NCBI GenBank assembly: GCA_030141605.1
Contig: JAQGDQ010000028.1
Span: forward strand, 496,001 to 560,000
Direction: 5' to 3'
DNA length: 64,000 bases
Origin: Tubiluchus corallicola
Lineage: Eukaryota; Animalia; Priapulida
The notes under the pieces are model-generated. The model had not been told where the DNA came from, searched no databases, and saw only the letters and a list, made by a program, of their open reading frames with translations. Each line of letters opens with the position of its first letter. The stretch's first letter is position 1. Of this stretch, positions 1-13,400 are shown piece by piece. The position numbers were made by a program, and so were the translations under genes.

Positions 1-152
1 ATTCTGCTTTACACATCACAAAATTATGGCATAGCTAAACAAGGAACTAGGGAAATTGTGCACACGATTTACAGTTTTATTGTTATTTTCTACTCAAAAG
101 TGAAAATCCAAAGAGAAAAAAGAAAATGTAAAAATGTTCGGCAAATACCAAC

Positions 153-3100
153 CTTCATCTTGGTGTTGTAACGACAGCCCAGGTTGTTGCAGGTTGAAAA
201 TAACCCCTTCTGGAAGACTTGTCGATGGCGCTGCATACATTACACCTTGAGCGGTTTGATACATGACAGCGGGCGGTAGAGATGTTACTCTCTGAGCACC
301 CGAGCTGGGTACCAGTAAATTACCTATAAACATGATGTTACAAATTGGGTACATCAAGCAGAATTTTCTACACACAGCAGTACTAGCTTGACAGTTGAAT
401 GGTGATTCTACGATTTCTATCTGAATTACAAACATACTATGTTGCACAATGATAACAAACTCATAGTTTCTTACCTCTTTCAATTATTTTAAATGCTACA
501 ATACACAAATGTCTATTACAGAATAGTACGGTCCAGTTATAGTAGGTTTCGGATATAAGTCTATTTTTGCAGTCCAACAATAGACTGCTATAATGATGGC
601 GTGTCCCTAGACCGGGACCCCAAGTCAGAGGATGACACACTACACAATACAAACAGCAGTCAGTGTAAGTTGCTATGAGAGTTCCGAATGTTGTTATTCA
701 TTCACATTCCTGTATATTGTTTACTATGATATAGATATATTTATGTTTTATTCATTGCGTCTTGTGTGATTTTATTAGCTGTTCTGTTTAATAAGATGCA
801 CGTATCACCCAATGCCACATGCGACATATATGTATTACCCGCTTATTGCAAACAACAATTATTACAAAATACCTTTCCCCACTGACTCAATTATAAAAAG
901 AGTTTAATGTACTGTACATCTATTAAACTGAATGTATACTAACCGCCAAGTAAAGGCAAAGCTGCGAGAGCTTGTTGCTGTTGCTGTTGTTGTTGCTGCT
1001 GAGTTTTCTCTAAGGTACTAGAGTTATTGCTGCTAACGTTTTGTGCCAACGTCGTTGAAGCTACAAAAAAAACAGACATAAGTTATCTTAACTGTGAAAC
1101 AACTGTTCTAAGCTGTATGCAACCGAATTATTCATCACAAAAAACTTCATTAATCTTTTATTCAACGATGCTGGAAATTGGAAAGCAATAATAATAATAA
1201 TAATCATAACAATAATAATCATTTTGTTTAGGGCAGTCTAGGGATAACACATTTAAGTATCTCAATACTTATTTCCAAGGTGGTCCCGACTATTATTACC
1301 AGCCTGTGGTACCATTTTTTAAGTCTTTGGTATGACTCGGTTGGGAGTTCGACGCATAACCTCCTGGGTGGGAGGTGAGCATGCTACCACTGAGCTACTG
1401 CACCCGGTCAAAGTACTGCAAAACAGCTCGCAAGGTCAAACTTAGAACAAATTTGCCAAAGTTAGACACCAATATTGCACAATAAATATGAATATTTGTA
1501 AAATCGAGCAATTTGTGAAGGTTAGACTCTGGCCACAAGGCTGACTTTAATAATTTCAACATTGTGACTAAAGTTGCAAATACCTGGGATCTATTAATAA
1601 AAGAAAGTTTACCTGTGTACACTAACAAGCTTTCTCCTAAAGTACAAAGCAGTTCACTTCCCTTAACTTTGTTTACAAACACCTAGCTATACATTTACTG
1701 TATCTCTTTATTTTCTACAGGTCTATTAATTCAACACCTGGAGTTATTAAATCAATGAGTTTCCTTAAAGCATAATGACACAAGTTTAAAGATACTAATA
1801 ATTTCATGATAACAGAACATGCTGACATCATGCTGTTGTTGAGAAAACCAGGTTATTATACAATGTTTAATCATGCTAAGTCTATTGCTGTAATGACACT
1901 TACTTGTAAGGTTCAGGGCTTGACTAGTCTGAGACAATTTCATTAACGGTGGTGGATTAGACGTGTTCTGATGAGCATCGCTTGTGGACGGTGGTGTAGG
2001 TATTGGTGTTAGCTGTAATGGTGTACCTAAAATTAAACAAACATACACAGTGCAGATATATCATGAAACTTACTTTTATTCTGTTTATTTATTTATTAAG
2101 GTATCCATGCATACAAAAATAAAATAATAACTACACAAAACATAAAATATATACACGACTGTCGTTAAAATGCATATGGTTAAAATGCTTAAAATGCATA
2201 TGGGAGAGATGCAAAGAGTAGAAAAATTACTACTTACACATGTCTGCAAAACACAATGTGCTGAAGACACAATGAAAACACTTTTTATGTTACATAATCT
2301 ATGACACATATTCTATTATCTAATTTAAAACACACATATTTTACTAGCAAAATACTTTATAATAATTAAATAACTTGTTTGTTACAAGCATAGGCAAAGG
2401 ACAGGATGCAAATCGGGTATAGATTTATGTTAGATAAAAGGTCCTACAGAAAGTTGTAACAAATAACTAGCTTTAGTCATTCAAACATGTAAAAAGCATT
2501 ACCAATAAACTTTCTACCCTTATTAAAATGATCGAGATTGTCACCAAGTGCTAACAAGACCATCCAACATGTGTTTGATTAAGCACTGGTCATATATACC
2601 ATGCAAGCACAATAATCCATATACATGATCATACTGACTGTTTAATCTCAGAATACACCTACCACCAGGTGCCAGCACAGTAAAACCAGCTGCTGTGGGA
2701 AGCTTCATGGCAAGTCCCGTGGGCGTCCCGACATTACTCAACTTGTCCATGTCCAAGCTGTAAGCTTGGGTCGAGAGATTATTTGACATTGAGTGAGCAG
2801 GTTGAGGGGTAGATTCACTGGTAGGCGAGTATTCAGAAGGCGACGAACCGTCAGACATCGTATAATACTGCTTACCCTCTTGCTGAAAACAATAAGTTAA
2901 GAGATTAGACACAGTCTTAGTAATTATTATTACTATACACAAAATTAGTGCAAGAATTTATACAGACAATTGGAGTATCATGCTCGGCGAGCAAATTTAA
3001 GAATGGTACTGAAGCTGGTGAGTGAATGCATGGATGAACTGCTTTGACTCGTGCTCTGGATGGTTTTATTCGTTGCAATCACCCATCCACTTATTAACTA

Positions 3101-6100
3101 AGCCCACGCCTGCTAATTTCCTCACTATGAATATACCTTGACCCCTCACAGTTATTCCCCTTGCCCCCAATCATTACTACGCACAACTAGGAATCAGGAT
3201 AGTGAGGAAAACTTCCTTTGCTAAGCATACGGCTAGGCACACCATATGGGATTTCATCGCAAATATAGACACATTAAACAGATGCCTTTCCATTTAGGGC
3301 AAAGCATTCCATACACGCCCAGCGCAACCAGTATGAAGCCAGATGACTACGAGAACCGAACGGGATTAATGGGAATTGGAAACATGGCAGATAAAAATGC
3401 TGCACCAAATGAACAGGATAAGAGTAATATATTTTGACTGATTGAAAAAATGTGAAATATGATTTTTAATCATATAAAAATTAGCTAATAAAATACTTAC
3501 TAAAACTTATCTCACAAAAATTACTAATATAATAATAGATCTATTACGATTGCCAATAGAATTTGTAGTAAACTGATCGAAAGCGCTACATAAAATTATG
3601 AATATAGAATTTATACATATTAGTGTTAAACTGACGTACTTCAAGCTCACTGTACATTCCTACTAATTTAAACATGATTTTTCCCAATAATGTTACCTGA
3701 GGAGGGAATTACAGTCATATAGGGAGCTACATAAAATTATAAATATAAAATTTATACATATTAGTGTTAAACTGACGTACTTCTAGTTCACTGTACATTC
3801 TTACTAAATTAAACATGATTTTTCCCAATAATGTTACTTGAGGAGGGAATTACAGTCATATAATGCATGTTTTATAATACTTTTGCCACAAAATTAGTAA
3901 TTGTGTCTACCATTAATATGTCAATTTATGTATAATAGTATTTGCTTGTTGTATCCATCTATTTAATTATGAAACCTAAGACAAAATAATAAAAATTTAA
4001 TTTTAAATACAAATACAGTGTTAGAATTGGGCATGTTTGTAATCACAAATATTCTCTTAACATAAAGTTCATTCAAGTAACTACTTTGCAGTTGCTGTAC
4101 ATGGCCTTATTTTCCTCAAATGTTAACTGTTCATCAGTTTCCCTCAGCTGCAAAAGGGCCAGGGCAGAAAATGAAGCCATACAAACATTTGAAGATGAGG
4201 TAGGAAAGCTTAGTAGTTTAACAAAGTCTTTGCAACGCTACAGTGACTGACAGAATAAACAAATTTATTATAACAAAAGCAAATGAAGACCAAGCTTGTT
4301 CAGGGTTTTAGCAAGGAAGAATTTTACAACTCCCACGAACCCCAGCACGCCTCCAGTCAGCTTCATAACAGGAGGAATCCTCTATATTTGGAACCCAACA
4401 CCGGTGCCTGCTTTCTATATTCGGCACATGAACTTGTGGGCTAGAAAAGCGTCTGTAAGTATAAGCTGATATCTACATACAGACAGGAAGCCATCTCTTG
4501 CCAACGAACCATATGTAACAACTTTGTGGTCAAACTGCTGACTAATTGGCTAATTTCAAAATTAACTCAACTCTTAAATTATCAGTTATACGGAAAAAGA
4601 CAATTATTTAAAAATTATTAAATAACCCTGAAACCAAATATATGGTTAAAAAAGAAAAAAAATTAAAACAGTATTTGGATTTGAAACAGGCTTTCCAAGT
4701 TACAAGTTGAACATCTTAGAGTCTACTAGACCACTAGACCATGGAGGCCCTTGTGATCAATACAAATCTGTTCTGAATCAACACTAACAACTTATCAACT
4801 CTTCCAGTATTTAAACATCTTAGTTTGCAACATAACTGTATACACTCTAGAGTAATTACTAGCTAATTAAATCACTATCTCCATTTTACTGCATGTGTGT
4901 GAATTATTCTAAATTATGACACGATTTAGAGTATTATTAATCCTACCACATTAAACAAGCCTAATAATAATATGTTCGAATTATTTTTAATTTTGACATT
5001 TAAATTACTTAAGAGTTTCATATTTCAGCAAGTATAAAGTCACACATATACCTGATTGCTTGAAATTCCTGATTTACTTTATAGCTTGATTTGCTTACTT
5101 GTAATTCTACTGCTTTGTTTTACTTCATTTGTTTTTGTAATAAGCAGGTGCCACTTGAAGTTTTAATATCTCCACCGAATAAGGATGGTTTGACTTGATG
5201 ACCTCTTTTAGTCTTCCACTTTCTTTTTCCTAATTTTTAACTACTTAATATGGTAAGTAACTTACTAATCTATAATGTTCTAACGTATATCAGAAGGTGA
5301 AACACTACCACGAAGGGTAACGAAAATGTACCCAAGTTTCATTAATTTAAAAACATGAAAGTAAACTGTTCTACTTATTTAGCTCTGTATTGCAATTTAG
5401 AAATTATTTACATTTTAGCAGTTATCATATACAAATAAGCCAACCTGATTTGCTCTAACTCTGTACAGCATCAACAAGTATGCACCATTATAAAAATAGT
5501 AAAAGTAAACTAGGCCCTTAATACCACAGCAATATCTGTGGTCAACCTCCTTAAATATTGAAAACAAAAAAATACTTTTGCAGATGAGAAAAGATATTCT
5601 TTGTGAATGTAAAATTAGTAAGCATCTTAGAACGAGTCATAATAATAGGAAACTTGGCCTTAACTTTGAAAACATAGGAAACTGCACCATAGTTTAATTG
5701 CACCGATACTAACATGATTTTAAAATATGTATTTGATTGTATGCAGCTGTTCTAATTACTGATCTAGTACTTAAAGGAAAGAGTAGTATTTACTCTTTGT
5801 AATTTGTTAGAATTATCAAATGAAGTGTTAATTTGTAATGATACTCCTGTAATATTGGTCAATAAACATACTACTTCTACTTCTACAGACTTGGCCTATA
5901 ACTTGGTAAATATCTGTAGTATCCATTCATTTAAATTATTTTAATTAATTATTGTGAGTGCAATTGAAAAAGCCAAAAGACATTTCATAGTTAGGGACCC
6001 ACCTACAATTCCAGTTTGCAGCAGATCTGACTAAATTAGTGAAACCTATGGACTTAGAACGACACCATAATTACTACAATTAAAGGTAAATGTCTCCTGG

Positions 6101-8015
6101 AGGTTCGTTTAATACATTGCAGACATTGTAACACAACTGTAGTGGTAAACAATTGACTCTAAAATAAGAAAGAAATAAGTGATATTTTCATGCACAATAT
6201 ACATTAAAATAATTTAGTGGACTAACCAAGAAAGGTCTGCCATAATTTGCGAGTCTTATATAGAATAACACAAATTAACTCTTAATGTCCCACAATTAAA
6301 AACAAGGAAAAAGAAAGAAAAAACTAGATGCGTCAGACTGGCACTCTACTTTATCTTAAAAAAAAAAGACAAATAAATCACATGGAATTATTAATGCTAA
6401 TTTTTGAGGTGATTTTTATGGTCAAGCTATGAACTGTCTTATTTGTTAATCTTTGTTAGCTTTCTGGCAGTGAGTACACTCACTACATGTGATCACCTAA
6501 CCATGACTGACTAGTTACCAAAGCGAGTGTACAACCGGTCTATAAGAGTTTTTGGTTTTCATGCTATGCTTTTGGAAAACAACAGCATAGCATGAAAACC
6601 AAAAACTCTGGTAGACTGGTTGTATACTCGCTTTTGTACCAAAATGTACACAGAGTACCGAAATGTTTATTCTACAAAGTAAGACATGATTAACAATGTA
6701 GTATTACATCCAATGACAACAAGTTCATCCTGGAAGTATAGGCCTGCTCTGCAGCAGCTTGTTAGTAACATGATGGACAACCTCATCAGGTTAAAACTCA
6801 TTTCCTTTATCTCCTGTATGGCTTCTTATCGACATACCTTTAAGCTCATGGCTTCTTCCTCAGACACAGCATAAGTTAAGTCTGTCTCTTCAAAGCCGGT
6901 AGCGGACATCCTCTGGTCAAGCTGCTGCTGGGCACTCTCCGTCAAGGGAACATCGGGTGAATTAAGGCACGTCTGAATTAATGCTTTGCCTGTCTCAGAG
7001 GTTATCATTGGCTGCAACTTGCGAGTGGCGAAAGTGTAAACATGCCCGGTTTCACTGGCAACCAACAACATTACCTGTGTACCAGTCAGTGTCGACAGTT
7101 CGTAAGCCTTGAAAAAACGAAACTTAGTTTGCAATTAACACACAGTTAAACATTTATTTTAATTGTTTAGATTGACTGATTAACACCAAACAAAAAACAG
7201 GTGGGTGTTCCTATAATTAAACTTTTTCGGGATTAGAATTTGTACATACATTCAAGCTTGAGATTGCACACAAAAACAACCAGTACAAAATCAAGATAAG
7301 GTTATTTCATTACTGTAACAGTAGATGCAGAAATACACTGCAAAAATACCAGAATACACTACAAAATTAATACACATGTAAAAACACAAAATTTCTTAAA
7401 GGGACACTCTCTATACCTCTATCTTAAGAAATTCATGATCTCGTGCAGTTTTTTCAAAGGAAACGGTGCCTAATATACTAATTGCATTGGTTCTTTCGAG
7501 GATCATAGATCCTATAATCCCAAGAACAAGGAAGCAGTTGATGACTAAAGTGTTTCCCCACACAGCTGAATTAAACGATGCAAATATACAGTACCTGCCT
7601 GTAATTATTTTAAAATCTTTTTCTTAACAGGTACCGAATTAGTTCGCTGCTAAGAGTGTGGCTAACAACAAAAAATTACCTTTTTCATTATGCCAGTTTT
7701 TCTTTTGCTGAAGGTGGTATACCTCCTTAATTTGTTATCAATAAATTCCATTTTTATCTTCACTCTTCCTTTGGTTTTCTTTCCAGGTACAACACATGGC
7801 TGCTGTGATTGTTGATTTGTGGCTAAACTCCTAATTTGACCAATGCCCATCGCTTTCGTTTCTTGATCATCGGAGTCGTCATCGGTTTCATGCAAACCAG
7901 CGTCAGCTGCAGTTCGTTTGTGCACATTTCTTGATCCATCCATCGACACAACTGTTCCAGGAAACACCATCCCTGGAGGGAAGGTGCTTTGCATTGTGTG
8001 CAAATTATTTTGCAT
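153..8015 (-). CDS. SRF: Serum response factor (MADS-box type I transcription factor), multi-exon, 3' end truncated by window edge
   Basis: MADS box GKKTKGRVKIKMEFIDNKLRRYTTFSKRKTGIMKK|AYELSTLTGTQVMLLVASETGHVYTFATRKLQPMITSETGKALIQTCLN is essentially the canonical SRF core. Inferred exons (minus): 8015-7680, 7107-6838, 2882-2663, 2026-1904, 1060-944 (polyQ), 323-153 (PPAVMYQTAQGVMYAAP, resembling the SRF C-terminal activation region). All junctions GT..AG with consistent phases (0,0,1,1,1,1). Confidence 0.96.
1187..1409 (-). mobile_element. tRNA-derived SINE (MetaSINE-like core) in SRF intron 4
   Basis: Minus strand reads A-box TAGCTCAGTGG, B-box-like GTCGAACTCC, then GTCATACCAAAGACTTAAAAAATGGTACC (resembles the Meta central domain, from recall), ending in an (ATT)n-like tail at ~1187-1220. 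Confidence 0.65.
3075..3130 (-). mobile_element. 5S rRNA-derived (SINE3-like) fragment
   Basis: Reverse complement GAAATTAGCAGGCGTGGGCTTAGTTAATAAGTGGATGGGTGATTGC resembles the 5S internal control region (GAAGCTAAGCAGGGTCGGGCCTGGTTAGTACTTGGATGGGAGACCGC); not full length. Confidence 0.45.
3585..3862. repeat. Tandem duplication of ~137 bp (3585-3721 and 3726-3862) in SRF intron 2
   Basis: Two near-identical copies GCTACATAAAATTAT...GAGGAGGGAATTACAGTCATATA with a handful of substitutions. Confidence 0.9.
4678..4745 (-). mobile_element. Degenerate tRNA-derived SINE head
   Basis: Minus strand TGGTCTAGTGG (A-box-like) ... GTTTCAAATCC (B-box-like); no cloverleaf. Confidence 0.35.
6518..6636. mobile_element. 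119-bp fold-back / MITE-like palindrome flanked by TA, SRF intron 2
   Basis: 51-bp arms 6520-6570 and 6584-6634 are reverse complements with 4 mismatches, 13-nt loop; TA on both sides (6516-6517, 6637-6638). Confidence 0.75.
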
Positions 8016-8370
8016 GATAAATACAATTCATCCACTGTCCTTATAAACTTGTTTTCCCGGTGAAAGTTTCGAGTGAGACTCCAAAATAGAAGTGTGTGGT
8101 CATTTTCCACAAAAGGGCAATGAAAGTAGTTCCGACATGAGCTGACACCGCCTACAAATTTGTGCGCGCCTATAGTTCTTAACTTAGACAATAACAATTA
8201 AAGAAAGCAAGAATACGTTTAATGCCACATCTGTATTTAGCCTAATACTACGCATTACGACAAACTGATACGTTTATCGAAAATGACCAATTAGGCAGTT
8301 TTTACTTTTGCATTTTCTATTGCAAGTGCGCTTTGCGACAACACACGTTGGTGAACTGAAGTTTTGCGTT

Positions 8371-8380
8371 CCAAATATGG
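8371..8380. promoter_or_regulatory. Perfect CArG box (CCAAATATGG) upstream of SRF; CCAAT at 8287-8291
   Basis: Exact CC(A/T)6GG about 360 bp upstream of the SRF ATG; TSS not known. Confidence 0.55.
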
Positions 8381-10378
8381 CAAGCAAGGCTAACGACAGA
8401 TGGAGACACCATAGAGTAAACTTCATTCATCACTCTGAAAAGTTGAAAGCTGAAGTCCGAAGCCGAAGAGTAACGACGACTACTCATGATGAAGCCAAAC
8501 TGGTGCACAAAGATAGTTAAAAAGTATCATTAATAAAAATAAAATATATTGAAGTAAGCACTATTGTTCGACAACTAGGGCTTGCATTATTAATCAATGT
8601 TATTCCTCTTTTTTATTTTAATATTTTTAATAATAGTCACAATGATAATAATTATTAAAGCTGTTTAGATGTCACTTGCGCCTACATAGTTTAAAGGAAG
8701 ACAGGATGAATTTTCGCATACTACCCCATTTTCATGTCCGATAAAAACTATACATTTTAAAACAATTAATACTGCAAAAGCGTTTCTGATAATTAAATAA
8801 TAGATCAGAAACTCAATTAACGCTGGCGAATCCAACTATTAATGACGTCACAAACTAACATAATTTTCAACAGCAAAAATATCCCATTAGCATGTTGCAC
8901 GCGTTTACGAAAGAGAAAATTGAAGTACAGTGCTACTGTAAGAGATTCCGTGTGTTGTTGTTAAAGGCAAGTTTTAAGACAAAAATTCAAATTTCAAATT
9001 AACCGCTGTGCTCACGCATGAGCTGTCGAACGTGTGTAGTTCGCCAGAAACTGACACATCTGAACGTGAGGTACAGCACCTGTTTTTGTGCAATACGTTT
9101 CCTGTAAACTACTGCATGTACATTACAAATGAGTTTCTGTTTTATATTGTATTAGGCAGGTGTTGTTAGAGTATCTCAAGTTAAGACACATTTTCGTAAA
9201 TAAGTATATTTGTAGTCCTCTAAATTATATGTTAAGTTATAAGTAAATTAATGGTAGAAGTTATGCAGAAGCATAATAAATTTTAAAACACTCTAATGAA
9301 TCCGTTTTGAACTCTGAGGTTATGTGTCTGTTCGCTTTATGATATAATAATTAAAATAACTTAGTTGCCGTTGTATTTGTACTCGATCGTATAAACGTAT
9401 TTTATGTTTTAATTTTGAAAGCATCAATGGCACGACACTAGATCGAGACCTTTCGTTTGATATATAGATCGCCGCAAATGGTGCCCTCGTCGAAGCTGTA
9501 GCCTCGAATCTTATATATATATATATATATAAATAAATATATCAAGATACCAAGAATATTAATATAATAGATTGTTAAAATTTAACATGATTTTGACTAG
9601 AATCTTTTTTAGAAACGAAATGCTCATTAAGTCATTATTTTATTTTTATTTGCCTTTGTCTTATTAGTTGTGCAACAAGTTGAGAGAGAAGTCTGTATGT
9701 CTGAAAGCATCATAAGAATGAACAGGTCTTTTATCGATTAGACCTACTACAATTGTAATTTGTATAAATTGTAACGTAGGCTACGTAGCTGCAGACATTT
9801 GAGTGCTGGATGCGGCAGTACGCACGTAAAAAAACAAGCAGGGTGTATGTGAAATGAAGTTTCTTGCTGTATGGTTATCGCAAAAAATCCATTTCTTCTA
9901 AAGATTTTCAGATTTTGCGACGGTATTTTTTGAGAAAATACAGAAAAATATGAAAAAATTATCTATAACATTGGTTTGATGGCTGGCCCATTGCAAAATA
10001 CGCAGGCAAATAAAATTGTGTACTTAGACAACGAAGGCGGTTATTATTGTGACGTCACTGGATTACAAAAATAGCCACTCATGCAGAGTCAAATCGATTC
10101 TGTCTATCACTCCATATCTCTATCAATCAACTTTTCCGTCTGCTCTCTACTACTGTAAGTCTGTTGTCTAGTACAAAGGTAGCAACCTGTTGCTTAATTC
10201 TTAACAATTAAGTAATTTGCAGCCTGGTAAACCTATACATTAGTTCTGGTAAGTGGTCGAATAAATACTCTTCTTTCTTCTATTGAATTGACTAGGTAGA
10301 CACCAGACACCTTCAATGCAATAGAAGAATGACTTGGAGAGGTGTTAATTAATCTCGTTGGCATTCTCTTCAAAGACA

Positions 10379-10389
10379 AGAGAGGGAGA

Positions 10390-10473
<84 letters not shown>

Positions 10474-10475
10474 GA
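10379..10475. repeat. (GA)n microsatellite
   Basis: Direct observation; abuts the 3' end of the LINE. Confidence 0.97.
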
Positions 10476-13400
10476 CTTGATTTTATTTAATTCTTTATTT
10501 CAAACATAAGTTCGTATTATAATTCACGTATATACAACATACAACATCATAAAAATAAAAACCAATACAAACAAATCACACAAGCTTATGTAAACATAAA
10601 AATTACAATAATAGTCTTCACCATTGCTGTCTCATGTGCGATGTAAATTTAGTATCGCTTGCTAAAATCTTCTGGCACATTAAGTTTTCACTGGAATCAA
10701 ATCTTTTCATTAAATTTAACACAGATTTTCTACGTAAAACATCAAAATATATCACGCGAATTTCAACACTCATCTCACGAGCACTGAAATCATATGCATA
10801 TATAAAAAATAATGTTCTTGGCACATTGTGTGGCACATTGTGCGCAATTTTGAGTTTTAAGATATTATAATTATTAAAATGTCTCCAGGTGGGCATGTAA
10901 TAGAACGTATTACAATAAGCATTAAATAGATATCTTTTAACATCAACAGAACAGTAGCTGAATTTTCTAATAAGTTGATTAGCACGACAGTAGTACAAGG
11001 ATCTTTGATTAACAATGTCAAGATCAGCTCGGTTATCATTTGAAATAATATGTCCAAAATATTTTCATTGTCACAGGTGCGTAGAATATTATTATCTAGT
11101 TTGATGTTACCAAACATAAAATTTCTCATGATGTTTGAATTAACTGACATAAGTTTAGTAGCTGTAGGGCCGTAATTGTTGTTGCTAATGAACAAACATC
11201 GTCAACGTACATCAGGTGGTTCATAATCATGTTCGAGATATTGCAACCACTTGGCTGGATGAAAGCTTAACACTTAGATCTTTAAAATAAGAATTAAAAA
11301 GAAAAGGCGACATCTTGCCACCTTAGCATACTCCTTTTCTAATACTGAAAGCTGCGTACTGACTATGTCCCCACCTGACAAACATGTCTTGTTGAGTGTA
11401 ATAAAATGTGAGCAGGCGGTATATAATATTCGGGATTTAAGTCTTTGTGAGCTGAAGAAAAAGTTTGAAGAAATTAACTGTATCAAATGCCTTTGACGCG
11501 TTTATCAAAACAATGTGAACAGAGCTATCACGACTAATGTAGTAGTCAATTATTTCCTTTAATGGGCTTATGCAAATTTCGGTGCCAAGTTTTCCTACAT
11601 TGCCAAACTGATTAGGAGTTGTTGGAATATGCTCTTTGTATCTGTTAAGTAATAGTTTCGAGTATTTTGCTAGCAATAGAGTGCAACTGGCCTATAGTTG
11701 TTTGCATCCGTAATATCTTTATTTTTATCTTTCACTAGAGGAATTAATATAGACATCATGAGGGATTCAGGAAGAAAACCATAAATCAAACATGAGCTAA
11801 ATAACAAGGATAAAAGACCCGGCAACATTAAGGAAGAATCCTTAAAATGTTCGGCCTGTTTACTATCTGGGCCTGCAGATCTATGCAAAGTTAGTGTTTC
11901 GATTGCGTCTTGCACTTCTCTAACAGTAAACTTGGGAACAATATGCGTATCTTCTGCAGGGGCCTGGTGCAGTTGCGCTGGGAGATTTCCATTATCAACT
12001 GAATTAAAAAGAACGCGCTAATGCTCCGCCCACATATTACAGATGTTGTTTTCCCCTTTTATATTATTAAAGCTAGAGGGAAGAGGAAGTTTAGAATTAG
12101 CTTTACCTAGCATACGCCAATTGACGTCTAACATAATGTCAATCATTTTCGTTGACTGCCCAATCAGCGTGCAAGTTATTTCACACACCCCTGCAGCAGG
12201 TACGTTCAGGACATTTAGCTATAGCTCCATCTAACACTGTTATGAAAAATGCTCAACTTTTCATTAGTTAGCGGGAGAAATATTGGCTTGGTTCTAGATT
12301 TTATTATTGTCAATTGAAATCGGAAACGAATTAATGGAAATATATAGTCTAGTTTCGTTTATGGGAAGAAATGCACAACACTTACGTCTATGAGTTGCTG
12401 ATTAAACCATTTTGCGACCAAGAAAAAAGGCGCAGTTTATTTTATTTTATGGCATTGCAAGTTGGATAAAAACAACTATTTGATTAACTTTTAACTAAGG
12501 ACAAAACAAAATGTTTTCTTTTCTGGCCAGTTTTTACTTCAGTGAGGTCTTCACAGTCAAAATTAATTCAAATGTGGTCAAAACTTATATTATACATCAA
12601 TGTAATACTAGCTAATTCTACGCTACTTTTCTTGTTATAATCAAGGTTAAAAGATACCATTGGGACTTATTTGACTCGAGCATTCAATATATATGGAATG
12701 GAACAGTCAAATTTATTCTCTTTCCATAGCCTGACAAACGGAAAAATACAAAAACTTAATAAATCTTGCAGACAGGCACATGATCAGTTAATATAGAAAA
12801 AATACATCGCAGGCATGAATGATGTTAGTATGTTCAAAGGCAAGAGAGACTTAATATTTTTGTTGTACATTTATTGTAAAGTGATGCTAACTGGCTTAGT
12901 TTCTTTATTATACTTCGTCTCTGTATTTTGTAGTGCTTTGAAACTTCGTCTCTACATTCTGTTTAAATTGAAAAGTCATTTTTGGCTACTTGAAGTGTTA
13001 ACTTCGTTTAAAAGTAGCTGCTGCTCTGCAAATTTGTGTTGATGAAAAAGTGCAATAAATTTATCTGCTGATTAAACATTAGTTGTGACGGTCATTCTGT
13101 TTAGTTTAGTTTGGTATAGCTTAGACAGTTGTTGTTCAATGTGAGCTGTTGTCCGGAATGCTGCTGAGCGTGCTTACGTTGCAACGGGTGCGGAGCGATA
13201 CACCAATATGTTTGATGTCAATTGACAAAGCATTGTCGTGAATAACTTTTTTTAGACAACAAAGTCATTCCACCCTGGTACAGAGTTCCAAGAGTTTCTC
13301 TTTTTTTCATTAATAGGAAAAGCTTGTGAAGCCGCTGTGCTAAGTGTTAATTATCGCATAATGAAAACTGGTTATTTCTTGCCTGTGTACGTCACTGCTA

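Noticed and set aside
1330-1409. Possible tRNA gene (also 4678-4745, 47770-47890, 51400-51445, 61174-61236)
   Set aside because: Only A/B-box-like words without a consistent cloverleaf; better explained as SINE heads.
3075-3130. Possible 5S rRNA gene
   Set aside because: Only ~55 nt of degenerate similarity; no full ~120-nt gene.
7823-8197. 124-aa ORF overlapping the SRF start
   Set aside because: Non-ATG start, no recognisable motif; shadow of the SRF leader/exon 1.
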